This document shows positions 26,901 through 40,106 of a stretch of DNA of 64,000 nucleotides, piece by piece. Location: the NCBI RefSeq assembly GCF_964204645.1, contig NC_134035.1:11998451-12062450 (forward strand), read 5' to 3'. A program made the translations under genes and the position numbers. Position 1 is the stretch's first letter; each line of letters starts with the position of its first letter. The notes beneath the pieces are model-generated. The model saw only the letters and a program-made list of their open reading frames with translations. It made no database searches and was not told the origin of the DNA. This DNA comes from Tubulanus polymorphus. Its lineage: Eukaryota > Animalia > Nemertea.

Positions 26901-29900
26901 AAATGCCAGTGAGTTTATACGACACTATTGAGTTATTAGTCGATATTTGACCCGCCCCTCGTGTCGCGCGCATATTCTATTCTCCGCGGTGAAAGTATTT
27001 TCTAATGCATTGTATGCATATCTAAAATGTAGGAATGTTGACTGTGGAATGTTGACAGGGTACACACAACACAGTCTATAGACGCTCGAAATGCGTTGTG
27101 ACTAAATCGTGATATCGATTGCGCATATTGAAAACTAAAGTCCTGTTCATAGTCACTAAGTGTCGTAGTATAAGTATATTGTATAATGATTAGTTCCCGG
27201 AATCTACCTACGCTGTTGTGTATGAATGCGCTCTGTTATATTTTTATTGCTGCTGGCATTATAATGAATAATTTAAAGAAATATCTCCGACATCGCGAGG
27301 CGCTCTCTCATTCATATAGTAGTATTCAATAAAGTATGCAGTTATTATCTACGATAACAAGTGAATATGTTTACAAATTTCTAGCGTCGTTCTGTTTATT
27401 CGTTTTAGGCCCCACTCCTCCAAATATTGAGTCTTCAATGGCTAAATGTTCTCTTGCAAATAGTGCCGCCCCTAGCTATGAGAGCATAGCCCGTAGAATT
27501 AGCTGGAATGGATCAGATGTACCCCGAGCTGATGGAAGAATGACCTTTTCTTTACCATCTTATGTCTTCAATAATTACAACATGTATGATTTTTAACATA
27601 CCTCGTCTAAGTTCGACAAGATGGGACCTGAAACAATTCGGCCTTGTCCCGGGGCTATGAAGTTGAAGTCATTGATTGGAAAAATATGAGGAAATCAGAA
27701 AATGATTTAGTTTCTGTCCACGTTTGATGGGTGAATAGTCCTGAGTTAGGTGAGATTTACTTTATATCATCGGTCCAGATGCGACGGTTGTGAAAGTCGG
27801 ACCTGAAAAAACCCACGCAGACCATAAAGAAAGCTCCGAGAGTAGTTTGACATATATTGACTCAATTGCTTTCAACTTTTCTAAACGGCTTTTCTTTCTT
27901 ATTGTGGGTTTTTCTTCAATTCAAATATAGACAGTCAATAGTAACCATGGACAGACCTCTTTTACTGTTGGTTTATTATAGAGTTTTTTCAGAGTTATAT
28001 GAGTTTCAGAAAGTTTGTTTTTTTTTTCAATGTGTGCCCTTGTGACTGCTAGCCATGCCAGTCGCCATGAGTCGCTTATCCTTTATTTTCTGTTCCCAGT
28101 CGCAATTGACTTGCATAGCTCTTTCAACTGACAGAGACTGACTATCGTATCACATTGGACCTCTGCCTGCTTGGAGCCAGTTGCAAGAAGTCGCGAGTTG
28201 GCCTCCATCCGCCTTTAAATTACCAAGTTGGCCACACCTACCTGGAAGTCACGGAATAGTCGGAATTTTTTTGTGAAAAAGTTAAAATTCAGGGATATTT
28301 GTTGAGATTGCTAGCTCGCGCGTAAAATCAAACAGTTTCCATCTATGTTTTACGTATTTGACTGTGTTAATTGACTGGATTCTTTACAGGTCAAGTTAGG
28401 GAAAACAACGCGCATGTCAGGGAATAGTCGCCCTGATAACGTACATTCTATATTTATTTTGTTACAATGCTGAGTTGATTTCTTTAGGCCAAGATATTGA
28501 CGCTGATAATATAGTAGCTGATAATATAGTAGCTGCAGCGGTAGCTGTCGAAGTAAAAGCGGACATCTCATCCGAGCCGGAAGAACAAATTGAAACCGTA
28601 GTCGTAGCAACTGAATCGGAGGTTATTGAAGCCGAGCCGATTGTTGATGATGAGCCGGAATGTATAGTCATCGCCGTTAATGAGGATAAAACGGTAACGA
28701 CTGTCACCGAGTCGCAGCATCACGTCGCCGACGACAAAGACGACAACGACGACCAGGAAACGACTACGGTTACTACGGTTATAACCACGACAACGGTCGT
28801 CGAGGAAGTGAAACACGCGGAAGTGGAAGTGGACGGTAGAGGAATTTAAGACTTATCAGTAGAATTATCATCGATTAACCCTTTAACATCTGTTTTTAAC
28901 AGGAACACCTGCACAGGAGAGGAACCCGGTTTCAGAGACTTCAGTTTCTATTTGTTCCTACTGTGGTAAGGTCACGATAAAAAACAAACAGGTTCAAAAC
29001 ATTGGCTGTTAAATATCGGATCTGATAACAGAGGAACTAATTGATTTTACTCAAGTCTATGAAGCCAGTTCCTCGCGAGAAAGCACTTCGTAATTGGTAA
29101 CACAATGATTGATTTGTAATTCTCTCTCAGGTTTCAGGTGGTCATTACAGCGTTATTGTAGTGTACATGCATGTTTCTAACTAATAACTACATGATTTAC
29201 ATTGCGGTTTAAGGTTTTAGAATAACAGAATTAATTAATATCATACAAGGAACCGATTCCATAATCCTGGTTGTAGATAGTAGTCTTGGTGACTATCATC
29301 GAGAGAAACCCACAATATCAATTTAAACAACTGCTATTCCACCTTGAAGGTATCAAATAAACTCTAGAGATGGGTTGTCGGATTAAGAAAAAAAATAGCA
29401 GTTGTTGTACTTGATATTGGTTTCAATGATATCCATATAGTTCTGGGTTTAAGAGTTCTTCGCATATGAACTAAACTTACAATTATGGAACTTACTTTCT
29501 AAAATCTCTAATCCAAAGTTTATGTAGTTGATGATGTACCTGATCATCATGATAAATGCATTTATTAGTTACCAAATAACATTCTATCATCGACAATAAA
29601 GATCTGCTTATAGTTTTAGAGTCGAATTCTACTTTTTTGACCCTCGTACTTTCTAACCCGGGTCCTGTTATCGATCGGGGGTCCTGTAACCGCCAGGCGG
29701 GGGAGGGGTGACGAGATTGTCCCCAGTGATGCTCGCGTTGTGCTGTATCAGGACACAGTGTTATTGTATATTTAACAGAAGCAGTAGTAGTTGATGACGA
29801 TGATGAATCACCCGTCAAACCTGAATATGATGATGGCGAGGATAATGTCGATAATGACAATACTGGTATATGAAATATTAATAACCGTATCAGTCTCCCC

Positions 29901-32900
29901 TCTCCCCTCCCTCAGATACTACTGTTACCTGTTTAATTATTATTATATAACATTAATTAAGCACGCTACACCACGTCTTGCACACGGGTGATTGGAAACA
30001 GTCACGCAACGTTCATCATCGTTGAATGCCTTTTATTGCAGAAAACATGGTTCATATTATATTTTGAGTTTTGTTTTTGATCTTAAAATAGGGATTGTCC
30101 CCATTATTAATTTATTTGGCTGGTAAATTTTGTTTGATTTTTCGATTGAGTGTCCCTTACAGACCCACCACACCTGCCGGGAGCGAAACAGGGGGTTGTT
30201 TTTACAGCAATAGCGAAGCCAGCAGGGGCTGCAGTCACTCAAATGTTGGTTAACCAGGGAATAGATGACGTAGTGACAATTAAACATTGTTACTATCCAC
30301 CGGATATAACCAACTTTTGAGCAACTGACCCCAGATTCTTACTTAACGCATCGTAACGAGTACTAGAGGCCTTCGTAAAGTAATATCACCAATTTGAAGC
30401 CTCCTCTGTCATAAAAGCAAGTTCAAGTCTGAGAAGTGGCTCAGTTTTTAACTCGCTCCCATCTGCACTTTATTAATGGTCCGATAATTTCATTCTTACA
30501 TCAGAATTAAGGACTGAGTGGCGATAAGTTTCGCTTGAGCAAAAGTCTGTAGCTATTTGTCACATTTGTGGAATTTATTTGAACAATGTGTTTAATTTGT
30601 AAGACTACCGAAGTAGCGAACAGCAAACTGTTACAACCTCGATTCAAGTGGTTTTTGTTGTCGTATTCTGATTTATGCCGATCATTGATTTTACGAATCA
30701 CTTCTCAACAAATATAGAATGAACGAATAGTAAATAAACTGTGATTTAATTCCCTCTAATGGTGGTTAGTAGTTTATATAGCACAGTAGAAGTAGTAGTT
30801 TTATGGCGTCCACAATTCTATAATTAGCTTTGATTAATGTCAGATATAAACTAATTTGGGTGGAGACTCACTAATCACTAATGATCCCTGATTTATTAAC
30901 TAAAGCCTTTATAGCAGTGACTGCTAAAAGAGTAAAACCGATTCCTTGTTCACTTATTTGAAGGTCATTGAGAACGAATGTTTAAAACAAGTAGTATCAG
31001 ACCAAAAACATTGATACTTGTACATTTGTTATTGGACGTACAACATTTAGACTGGGCCTTAGTCGGTACCAGTTAGAAAAACCTTCTACAAGGGCAGATC
31101 CAGAGGCAAATTATGAAGCATTTGTCGCATCCGAAAGGGGCACTTTGATATGCCATAAGGCACTATTAGGTGTACCATACTGAGGGGCTAATTTTGAAGA
31201 ACTTGTCACATCTAAGGGCAATTGAAATGTACTAGTTATCTTCGTCGACAAAATATAATGGGCCAAATTTTTATGGACTCTTACAAGTCTCATAAGTGCC
31301 CCTGGATCCACCTCTATTCTATCCTTGATTCTCGTCCAATATTCACGAGATACTAGCTGTCCCAAAGCTACCGAATAAGGCGCAGAGTTTACGACTCATT
31401 TAGACCAGTCTCCCAGCTCCATTCAATGCTGTATTTTTTAACGTCTGTTTTCAGGAAGCGACGAGTTGTTGAACGGCGAGGCTGATATTGTTAGTGAATC
31501 AACGGAGGTTGTGGAATCAGTGGCGCCACCTGAACGCGAACCTACACCCCCTCCACCGGCTTATGAACACGTCAACAATGAAGTCACTGAATCTGTTGTA
31601 GTCGCGACCACTGTTACTAAAAAGGTAATTGAAGACATTCACTCAGAACACGATTGATAAAACACTATATCCGTGTTGACGGGGCGATGTAGAGAGAATC
31701 CCACAATTATAACGAAAAAGTCCGAAAATGTTACTTCGAGATAGTAGTTTATTTCAACGTTTCGACTATTTCATTATTCCTGAAGATGACTATTAGGATA
31801 TAGTTGAAACGTTGAATTAACTGCGCTAGCTCAAGGAATACAGTATTCCTGAAGATGACTATTAGGATATAGTCGAAACGTTGAAATAAACTACACTAGC
31901 TCAAGGAATACAGTATTCCTGAAGATGACTATTAGTAAATAGTCGAAACGTTGAAATAAACTACACTAGCTCAAGGGATACAGTATTCCTGAAGATGACT
32001 ATTAGGATATAGTCGAAACGTTGAATGAACTGCACTAGCTCAAGGAATACAGTATTCCTGAAGATGACTATTAGTAAATAGTCGAAACGTTGAATAAACT
32101 ACACTAGCTCAAGGAATACAGTATTCCTGAAGATGACTATTAGGATATAGTCGAAACGTTGAAATAAACTACACTAGCTGAAGGAATACAGTATTCCTGA
32201 AGATGACTATTAGGATATAGTCGAAACGTTGAAATAAACTACACTAGCTCAAGGGATACAGTATTCCTGAAGATGACTATTAGGATATAGTCGAAACGTT
32301 GAATGAACTGCACTAGCTCAAGGAATACAGTATTCCTGAAGATGACTATTAGTAAATAGTCGAAACGTTGAAATAAACTACACTAGCTCAAGGAATACAG
32401 TATTCCTGAAGATGACTATTAGTAAATAGTCGAAACGTTGAAATAAACTACACTAGCTCAAGGGATACAGTATTCCTGAAGATGACTATTAGGATATAGT
32501 CGAAACGTTGAAATAAACTACTATCTCAAAGTTACATTTTCGGACTTTTTCGTTATAATTGTGGGATTCTTTCTACATTCACTCAGAACATCAGTTAATT
32601 AACGTTAAGACAGGTCTACTGCTGTGTGGGTTTATTAGAATCATGAGCTTTCACTACTGGGTGCATATTAGGTTTGTCACGTGAACAAGGGCTGGTATTT
32701 CTAATTCAATCTAGTTCTCCTCCTAGTGGTATTCACATTTACTGGTTAACATGGTCCTCTACCAACTCATCCAGTGACGAGTTAGATATTTGTAGAACTG
32801 GTGAAAGTGAAAAAACTTATTCTGTTGTTGGTAAAGACACAATATTCAATTCATTATTATACGAATCCTTCATACAAAAGATTGTAAGCTGGTTTTATTG

Positions 32901-34432
32901 GCTGAGTATTACACTATTAAAGTTAATCATAATCTTGGTTAATCCTTTTAAACGATAAGTGCGGCTCGTTTTGTTGTCAGGTTATTGACAACCATCAGTT
33001 CAACAATAATCGCTAAATAAGACTTATGTCTGAATTAGTTGTTTACATTCCCTGTCGACTAAGTTTCAGTTCAGCCATCATTGCCACTATGAAATATCTC
33101 ATAGTTCCGGTTCCGCTATCATTGCCACTATGAGATATCTCATAGTTCCGGTTCAGCCATCATTGCAACTATGAAATATCTCATAGTTCCGGTTCCGCTA
33201 TCATTGCCACTATGAGATATCTCATAGTTCCGGTTCAGCCATCATTGCCACTATGAAATATCTCATAGTTCGGGTTCCGCTATCATTGCCACTATGAGAT
33301 ATCTCATAGTTTCAGTTCAGCCATCATTGCCACTATGAAATATCTCATAGTTCCGGTTCCGCTATCATTGCCACTATGAGATATCTCATAGTTCCGGTTC
33401 AGCCATCATTGCAACTATGAAATATCTCATAGTTCCGGTTCCGCTATCATTGCCACTATGAGATATCTCATAGTTCCGGTTCAGCCATCATTGCCACTAT
33501 GAAATATCTCATAGTTCGGGTTCCGCTATCATTGCCACTATGAGATATCTCATAGTTTCAGTTCAGCCATCATTGCCAGTATGAGATATCTCATAGTTTC
33601 AGTTCAGCCATCATTGCCACTATGAAATGTCTCATAGTTCCGGTTCCGCTATCATTGCCACTATGAGATATCTCATAGTTTCAGTTCAGCCATCATTGCC
33701 ACTATGAGATATCTCATATTTTCAGTTCTGCCATCATTGCTACTATGAGATATCTCATAGTTTCAGTTCAGCCATCATTGCCACTATGAGATATCTCATA
33801 GTTTCAGTTCTGCCATCATTGCTACTATGAGATATCTCATAGTTTCAGTTCTGCCATCATTGCTACTATGAGATATCTCACCTTAGAGACATCTCATAGT
33901 TCCGGTTCTGCTATCATTGCAAGAGATATGCTTTCAAAGTTCATTGCCAAATTCATTAAGTTATCTTGTAGCTGATCATTCTTAATCACCTTTTGATATT
34001 TGCACTCTAGTGACCTGAATGGTACAGTTTCTGATTGGCTGGCAATGAAAACAAACTCCGCTTCATTCTCAATGCTCATCGGTCAATTTTGGCTGACTTT
34101 TTGATAGCTGTATAGCCGTACTTGTCGATGATTAATTTCAATGATTCGGTAATTTGCAGGACGAGGAAGAGCCACGAGTGCCGACTCCCGAACCAGAAAC
34201 CAAACAACCGGAATCGACCGTCATCGTTCAAACTACGACCACGACCGTCGTCGAGTCAACGCCGCCATCTATTGTCAATAACGAAAACCAAGCGAAAACC
34301 AACGGCAACGTGGACATGTTGAGCATGAGCGCCAAGGAATATCAGGAATATTTGAGGGCGCACCGCAAAGGCGACGCTCGGCACCGAGCGGCGAATTTCA
34401 AAGAGAAAAAAGATATGTTCGATCATTTGTAA
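23974..34432 (+). CDS. NHERF1: NHERF/EBP50 (SLC9A3R1/2; Drosophila Sip1-like) PDZ scaffold with C-terminal ERM-binding motif, ~518 aa
   Basis: Exons 23974-24264, 25256-25643 (PDZ: RPRQCTLRKWPDFNGYGFNLHAEK..GQFIGKVDDESPA..AGLRQGDRIVEVN), 28488-28835, 29779-29865, 31455-31624, 34160-34432, all phases compatible. C-terminus MSAKEY..YL..RK.DAR....FKEKKDMFDHL* matches the NHERF ERM-binding tail. The first exon is less certain; ATG 25265 is an alternative start. Confidence 0.85.
27409..27596 (+). CDS. Candidate alternative terminal exon of the NHERF gene (short isoform lacking the ERM-binding tail)
   Basis: Pyrimidine-rich acceptor ttcgttttag|GC at 27408/27409 is in the phase required by the PDZ exon donor (25643). 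Reads GPTPPNIESS...YESIARRISWNGSD...NNYNMYDF then stop. Confidence 0.5.
31091..31314. mobile_element. Putative MITE with GGGC(A/G)GATCCAG TIRs
   Basis: AGGGCAGATCCAG ... CTGGATCCACCTCT imperfect inverted ends. Confidence 0.5.
31651..32574 (+). mobile_element. Penelope-like fold-back element containing a tandem array of 11 minimal type-I hammerhead ribozyme motifs (69-70-bp unit)
   Basis: Inverted arms at ~31688-31768 and ~32495-32578; flanking duplication ACATTCACTCAGAACA at 31635-31650 and 32575-32590. Unit TATTC-CTGAAGA-T-GACTAT(taggat)ATAGTC-GAAA-CG-TT-GA(A)ATA-aactacactagctcaaggaatacag. Confidence 0.82.
31775..32517 (+). ncRNA. Tandem minimal hammerhead ribozyme motifs (11 copies)
   Basis: CTGAAGA cores start at about 31780, 31849, 31919, 31989, 32058, 32127, 32197, 32267, 32336, 32406 and 32476. 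Each is followed by a 6-7-bp stem II, GAAA, palindromic ACGT and a UH site, with stem I TATTC/GAATA. Confidence 0.72.
33062..33920. repeat. 41-bp palindrome-containing minisatellite (~21 copies) with higher-order structure
   Basis: Unit AGTTCCGGTTCAGCCATCATTGCCACTATGAGATATCTCAT; the 20-bp palindrome ACTATGAGATATCTCATAGT spans unit junctions. Confidence 0.93.
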
Positions 34433-36997
34433 AACGCACATCGCAGCGCCCTCTTGAGGCGCAGTAATGAATTACGATCGAGCGATGTATCGCGCCGGTC
34501 CCAGTTCCACGGATCGTTTTTCAAATAAGTCGTTTTGGGAGTGGGGGATGAGTAAATAACTGAAATTCAACCAATTTCGAATAAAATAGAACTGAATACA
34601 TCGAGAACTGTGGAACTGGAACCTGTTATTTTCTATCAGTCATTGATTATTATTATTACCGGTATTGAGGGCTGTTGTATATTTTTATAAACTGTGGAGT
34701 CATGTGTACTGTGTCTACTGCAGCTGCATCGCTGTCAAATCAAAATATCGATATCAAATGAATGAAGCCAGATCCGCAGTTCGTAGTCGTATTGAAATTT
34801 GACTGAATTTGATTTCTTAGAAACATGATTTCTTCAATAGTTATTTAATGATACGGTCGAACGAAACTCAATGTGTGGTTTAAGAACTGGCTTCTTTGGC
34901 TGGTTCCATATAGGCATGCCTTAGACTTAAGACCAGTCTAAGACCATCTTAGTTCTTAAACGCAAATGTAACAACTTAAGATCAGTCTTAAGATTCACTA
35001 CAAGTCTCAACTATGGAACTGGCCCCTGATGCAAAAATCCAACCCGAAAATTAATAATTCTTCTTATCAAAATTTCGTCATCAAAATTGAACTACTTACA
35101 AAACAGTTACTGTTATATTTGAAACCATTATACGTTAAACATTATATTTTATGTACAGATTGTCAAAATTATCATATATAACATATATACTTATACTTAT
35201 ATATGTCTTTATCAGTATATCTATAAATCATGCGATAAACAGCAAAATGTCGGCAACTTCAAACATTCCTAACACACCCTCTCCCTCTCTCTCTTTTTTC
35301 AAGTATTACTTCTGTTTTTATTGAGAGGAGCATTGGTTTGAATTTCGATATGACGCGCGTCCCATTAGCGAGAAATTTCTCAACTCCGTCCAAAACAACT
35401 GTCACTTTCATTTATAAAAAAAAATCCTGTGCCAAGGATCCATTTACGCAGTTTACTTATGGGAATCTTTCTGTTATGAAATAAGAAAATTTGATATTGA
35501 TACTTCCACTCCGACCACCCCCTAAAACCTGTTGTGGAGAACACTGCACTATGACAAGCATTACAGGGGTATAGAATATATATATATCTTTAATGTGGTT
35601 TTGTAATTAACAAGTTCAATTTAGCAGTTGTGTGCGTGAATGTATTCCATTTCCTGCTCCTGTACACTTGTTAATATCGGGTAATTTTCCAGATTTTTTA
35701 TCTATGGGGCGTTTTGTATAAGTACATAAGAACCACAAGTGCTAGCGATGGCTGTCATAGGCAGTCGTACCCCATTACGGCGATATCCGGGCTCTTGAGA
35801 ATATTTCAAGAAAAAATGTTCAGGTACCAAATTACGATACGTCATTGACGATATTCTAAACGACTTGCTAGTTAAATTGATTGAGCGCGCAAACTGGGGC
35901 TTGTCTGGTTTCATGGAGGTTTTGGACTGATAGAAATAGAACCATTGAAACTGAATACATTCCAGACACCTAAAACACTCTGATGAACTAAATAAATTAG
36001 TAAAATCATGTGTATATATATATAAAATTGTATTATTTGAAATATTGTGTCGAAATGGTACAAACACTGATTCCAACAACAACAAAAGAGTGTTTGTTAT
36101 ATTGTTAATCATTGTTTAACCGATTATGCGTATGTTTGTATATGAACTACTGTTCTTTTTATTTCAATAACTGTTCAATTTATTGCGATATTGATTGTTG
36201 GAATAACACTGGGTAAAGGGCTGTTACTTATCATTGTGGACGTATGTTGATTTTTTGTTTTGAGATTTTTGTTACGCCGGATTCAGTTCTACAGTTGTGA
36301 GTTTCTGCATTGAAATTAGTTTGTTTTCGGAGCCAAATTTCAACTGGCAACTGTGGAAGTGAGTTGTGTATATTTTCCATGATGTCGTCGTACAATCAGT
36401 TTATACGATATATGTAGATAAACTTCAGCACGGGTTTCGCTATATCGCAGTTTCAGGGTCCGATCTAAGCACTTGTCCGATTGCCTGGGACAAGTATATT
36501 CTCATCAGCGCAAGTAGGTTATCATTATCACTTGTCCACCGAGCTAGTGCAATTTTATGTCACAAAGCTATTTTTCCCACTCTATACAACGGATGATAGT
36601 GCCACCAATTGGACTGCCTGTGTAGGGCAAGTAGCTTTTTGAGGGGGCAATCAAAATTTCAGATATGCTTGCCCCGGGGCAAGTGGCTTTCATTCCTTAG
36701 ATCACACCCTGAGTTTGTAGATATTGGACTCTGGATTTCGACATGTATACCGTTTAATGAAAACGTGCTTCAGCTCTTGTTACTAATGAAATATTTGTTA
36801 TGAACTCGAGGTTTATTGAAGTAGTTTATTGATTCAGATTCGATGCAATTAGTCGTGATTGGATTCAGAATGATTGAGCAGTGATTTAGAATATGATTTT
36901 TTTCTTTGATCGATTGAAGTATTTTTTATGTGTCACTCAATTCAATTATTCATGTAATATACGAGGTCTATCCATTATGCTGATAATCTCTTGTTGG

Positions 36998-37300
36998 CTG
37001 TGGCCTCTAGATTTCTACTGGTGATTCACCAAGAATCTGTTGTGATGATTGTGGCCTCTAAATTCTAATATATAGGAGATTCACCATAAATCTGTCTCGA
37101 TGGCTGTGGCCTCTAGATTCCCTCGGGAGATTTACCGAGAATCTGTTGTGTTTGTTGTGGCCTCTGGATTCCCACAGGAGATTCACCAAGAATCCATTGC
37201 AATGGCTGTGGTCTCAAGGTTACCAACAGGAGGTCCACTAACTATTGCGACGCCTGTACTCTAGGCTGTCACACTAAGTTCACCTAAAAATCTACTGTTA
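36998..37300. repeat. Degenerate ~52-bp tandem repeat (~6 copies)
   Basis: Recurrent TGTGGCCTCTAGATT...GGAGATTCACCAAGAATCTG. Confidence 0.7.
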
Positions 37301-40106
37301 AGCAAAGTTGCGGGTCTCGGTGCTACCAAAATGTCAGAGAAAAATCAGTGAAAATATCTGGTTTCACGTTGCGATCGTCACTCATTCTGAATTCAATTTT
37401 AGATCGTGGACGTGTTAACATGTACATATACATGTACAATACGTATCGATAGCAATGGCAGTTTATTATTCCGTATTTTGTCATCGCAATACATGTACAT
37501 TGTACTGAAACGAAACAGCTGTCACCTATTTCTGTCTGGCTGTTCCGTAATTAACACGTTTACTTCACTAAAGTCAATGCAAGCGCTCTACTTGAATATT
37601 TCATTAGAATTCACAACAGACTGACGTCGTATTGTTTGTTATCCAGGACCGACGACAGAAACGCTTTAGCTGAGTGGTTTTACTTTTTTTTTCTGACGGC
37701 GGAAAGAACGCGAAACGATGGAACAATGTAACGATTCGCGCGATGAAAATATGAGTTTTTGTGATAGCGTATTCAATATAGTAGAAAATTCGACCTCAAC
37801 CAATTACTTAAACTTTGTATTGGTTTTGATTGTGGTACTATAGATTTTCTTGGAGGAATTTCTGAAAAAGTGTGCAAAAAGCGTCTCCAAAACTGTGGTA
37901 CCATTTTCAACCTGGCATTGATATCTCTGTACTCGGAAAAAAGATTCACCTTTGAACCGTTGAGCTGGTAGTGATTTTATTCACTGCTGGCTCTAATCCC
38001 ATTGATAGTAATTGACCATTAATTAAACTGGTTTTATTTGTTTGCAATGATAACGATTACATATGTTGACATTATATTCGTATTATGACCGTTCGACCTG
38101 AGTGAAATCAAACGTGAATACTTGTTAAATTGTGTTGAGATAGCAGAGACAAACAGTTTTAAAATTAGATGTTATTTCGTGAGTTAACCCTGCCAACATG
38201 ATTTAATTAGATTATCGTTAAAAGTCACCCATCAACTTCTGACGATGTATATTTTGATTCATAGATATCAAAAACTCAATTCGTAGTTAAAAAACTTTTA
38301 TGAGTTGTATTTATATTGGGAATATTGTTTTTGCTGTCCTCATCTTCCATCCATCCATTCCGGGCTGATGTACATAAATATGGTTGAATTAATTTCATTC
38401 ATTATTTCCGTCCCCCATTGGGTAAATAATGTGTACAAATCATTGTTAATGGTCTTTGTCAGTGATGACGAGCAATTTGAGAATATCCAAGGGATGCTTA
38501 ACCGCTTATGGCTGAAATAGCCCGTTAAAGTTGTACGCATCAAAGTTAATAATTAGAATTTTGGCTTCATTATTATTTTATCGCGTTCTATATACACAAG
38601 AATTATGAATATATATTTGATTAATTAATAAACAGTAATCCTGCCAGTTTTGTACGTACCAGGTTGTATTAAGAAACATTCCCCGTTTTGCGATACCCTG
38701 TTTATTGAAAGTCTGAACAGCAATATATACGAGTATAATGATTATATTAATGCTAATACTGTCTAATATTTGATAATAAAGTATATAGCTCCTATTTTCA
38801 AGATATAAATCTTTTGTTTTCACTTCATGTTCGAGTATTTGGATTCCAGGTTCTGTAATTTATCCTTCACGTTACTACATTATACTTCACGTTATAGGTT
38901 TTATCCTTCACATGATGAAGACTTGAGCGTCTGTTTGGCGGGAATGGCTGCACATACACTAGTGCCCAGGCTTTAGCACTAGCCCTGTCGTAGATCTCTA
39001 CAAGTGAAGTAATCATCGGAGGACTACTGGGGGTCAGAATAGAATCTTATAGCCAGTATGGTGATCAGTAAGGATTGGGTGTCCCAGGATAGAGCATTGT
39101 AGCCCTAGACTCCTTACAACCAGCGCCGAGTGATCCGGTGATTTAGTTCTCGGGACAGAGTTCTAGGTAGTAGACATTCTGTGGCTCAACTTCCCCCACA
39201 ATATGCTGTTGGTGGAGTGAGTTATCGTCAAGAGGGTTGTCTCTTACAACTATGCCAAATTCTTCAGCCCTCATTCAACAATGGGTGTGATCTGGAATGC
39301 GAAGGTACTTCTATCTGTTCCAAGTTTAGGGAGAGATATTTACATTTACTGATTGTCATATTCGATGATAGTAGTTCATATTCACTTGACACATATTTCC
39401 ATATCTCTGTACATACATATATATATATAGAGAGAGAGAGAGTGAGAGCAAATAAATATCCCATTATCAGCAGAAACATAAAAACAAAATGATCTACAAT
39501 AAAACAGTAGTTTTTATTTATTCATACCTAATAAATACAGAATTGCTACAGCTTACACTCTGTTTACCTCAGGCCCCAGAAAAAATATTACAATCTCACT
39601 CCAATTCATTATGATAACAACCAATCGTCTCTCCAGATGCCCCCGAAATTCGTGTGTACCTTTGAAAGAATTTATTGGTCCTTCGAGATCAGTGACATAC
39701 GAGCAATTATCTCAAGATAAGTTTGTCCACTGTCCTTATTAGACAAAGTCCATCAGTTCAATGTTTTAAGAAGAATTTAAAACATAATTTTTCAAGAACA
39801 TTTATTCAATTAATCTTAGTCACCTGTCTAGCTTAATATTCATTCTTCAACATCCAGTTCCACAGTTGCGAGTTAAGATTTGACTCTGGAGTTCAAACAT
39901 TGAAAATGAACTGATTCTAACTCTGAGTTAACTCTAACTCATTACTGTGGAACTGGATCCAAGTATTTTAAATTACTATTTAATCAGCTCAATATGTTTA
40001 AATGTTAATTATTATAATTGTAAAGCGCGCCGATCACAATCTGTAGGAGTGCACTGTATAAGGAAAATAGATTATCATTATTACCCGGTAACGTTATATT
40101 ACTGTA

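Noticed and set aside
31775-32517. CRISPR array (regular ~70-bp period with a palindromic core)
   Set aside because: The would-be spacers are near-identical, there are no cas genes, and the context is a eukaryotic intron. The unit matches a hammerhead motif instead.
34433-40106. Additional genes suggested by short ORFs
   Set aside because: AT-rich and UTR-like with small MITEs, no coherent exon chain; most likely the 3'UTRs of convergent NHERF and TRMT12.
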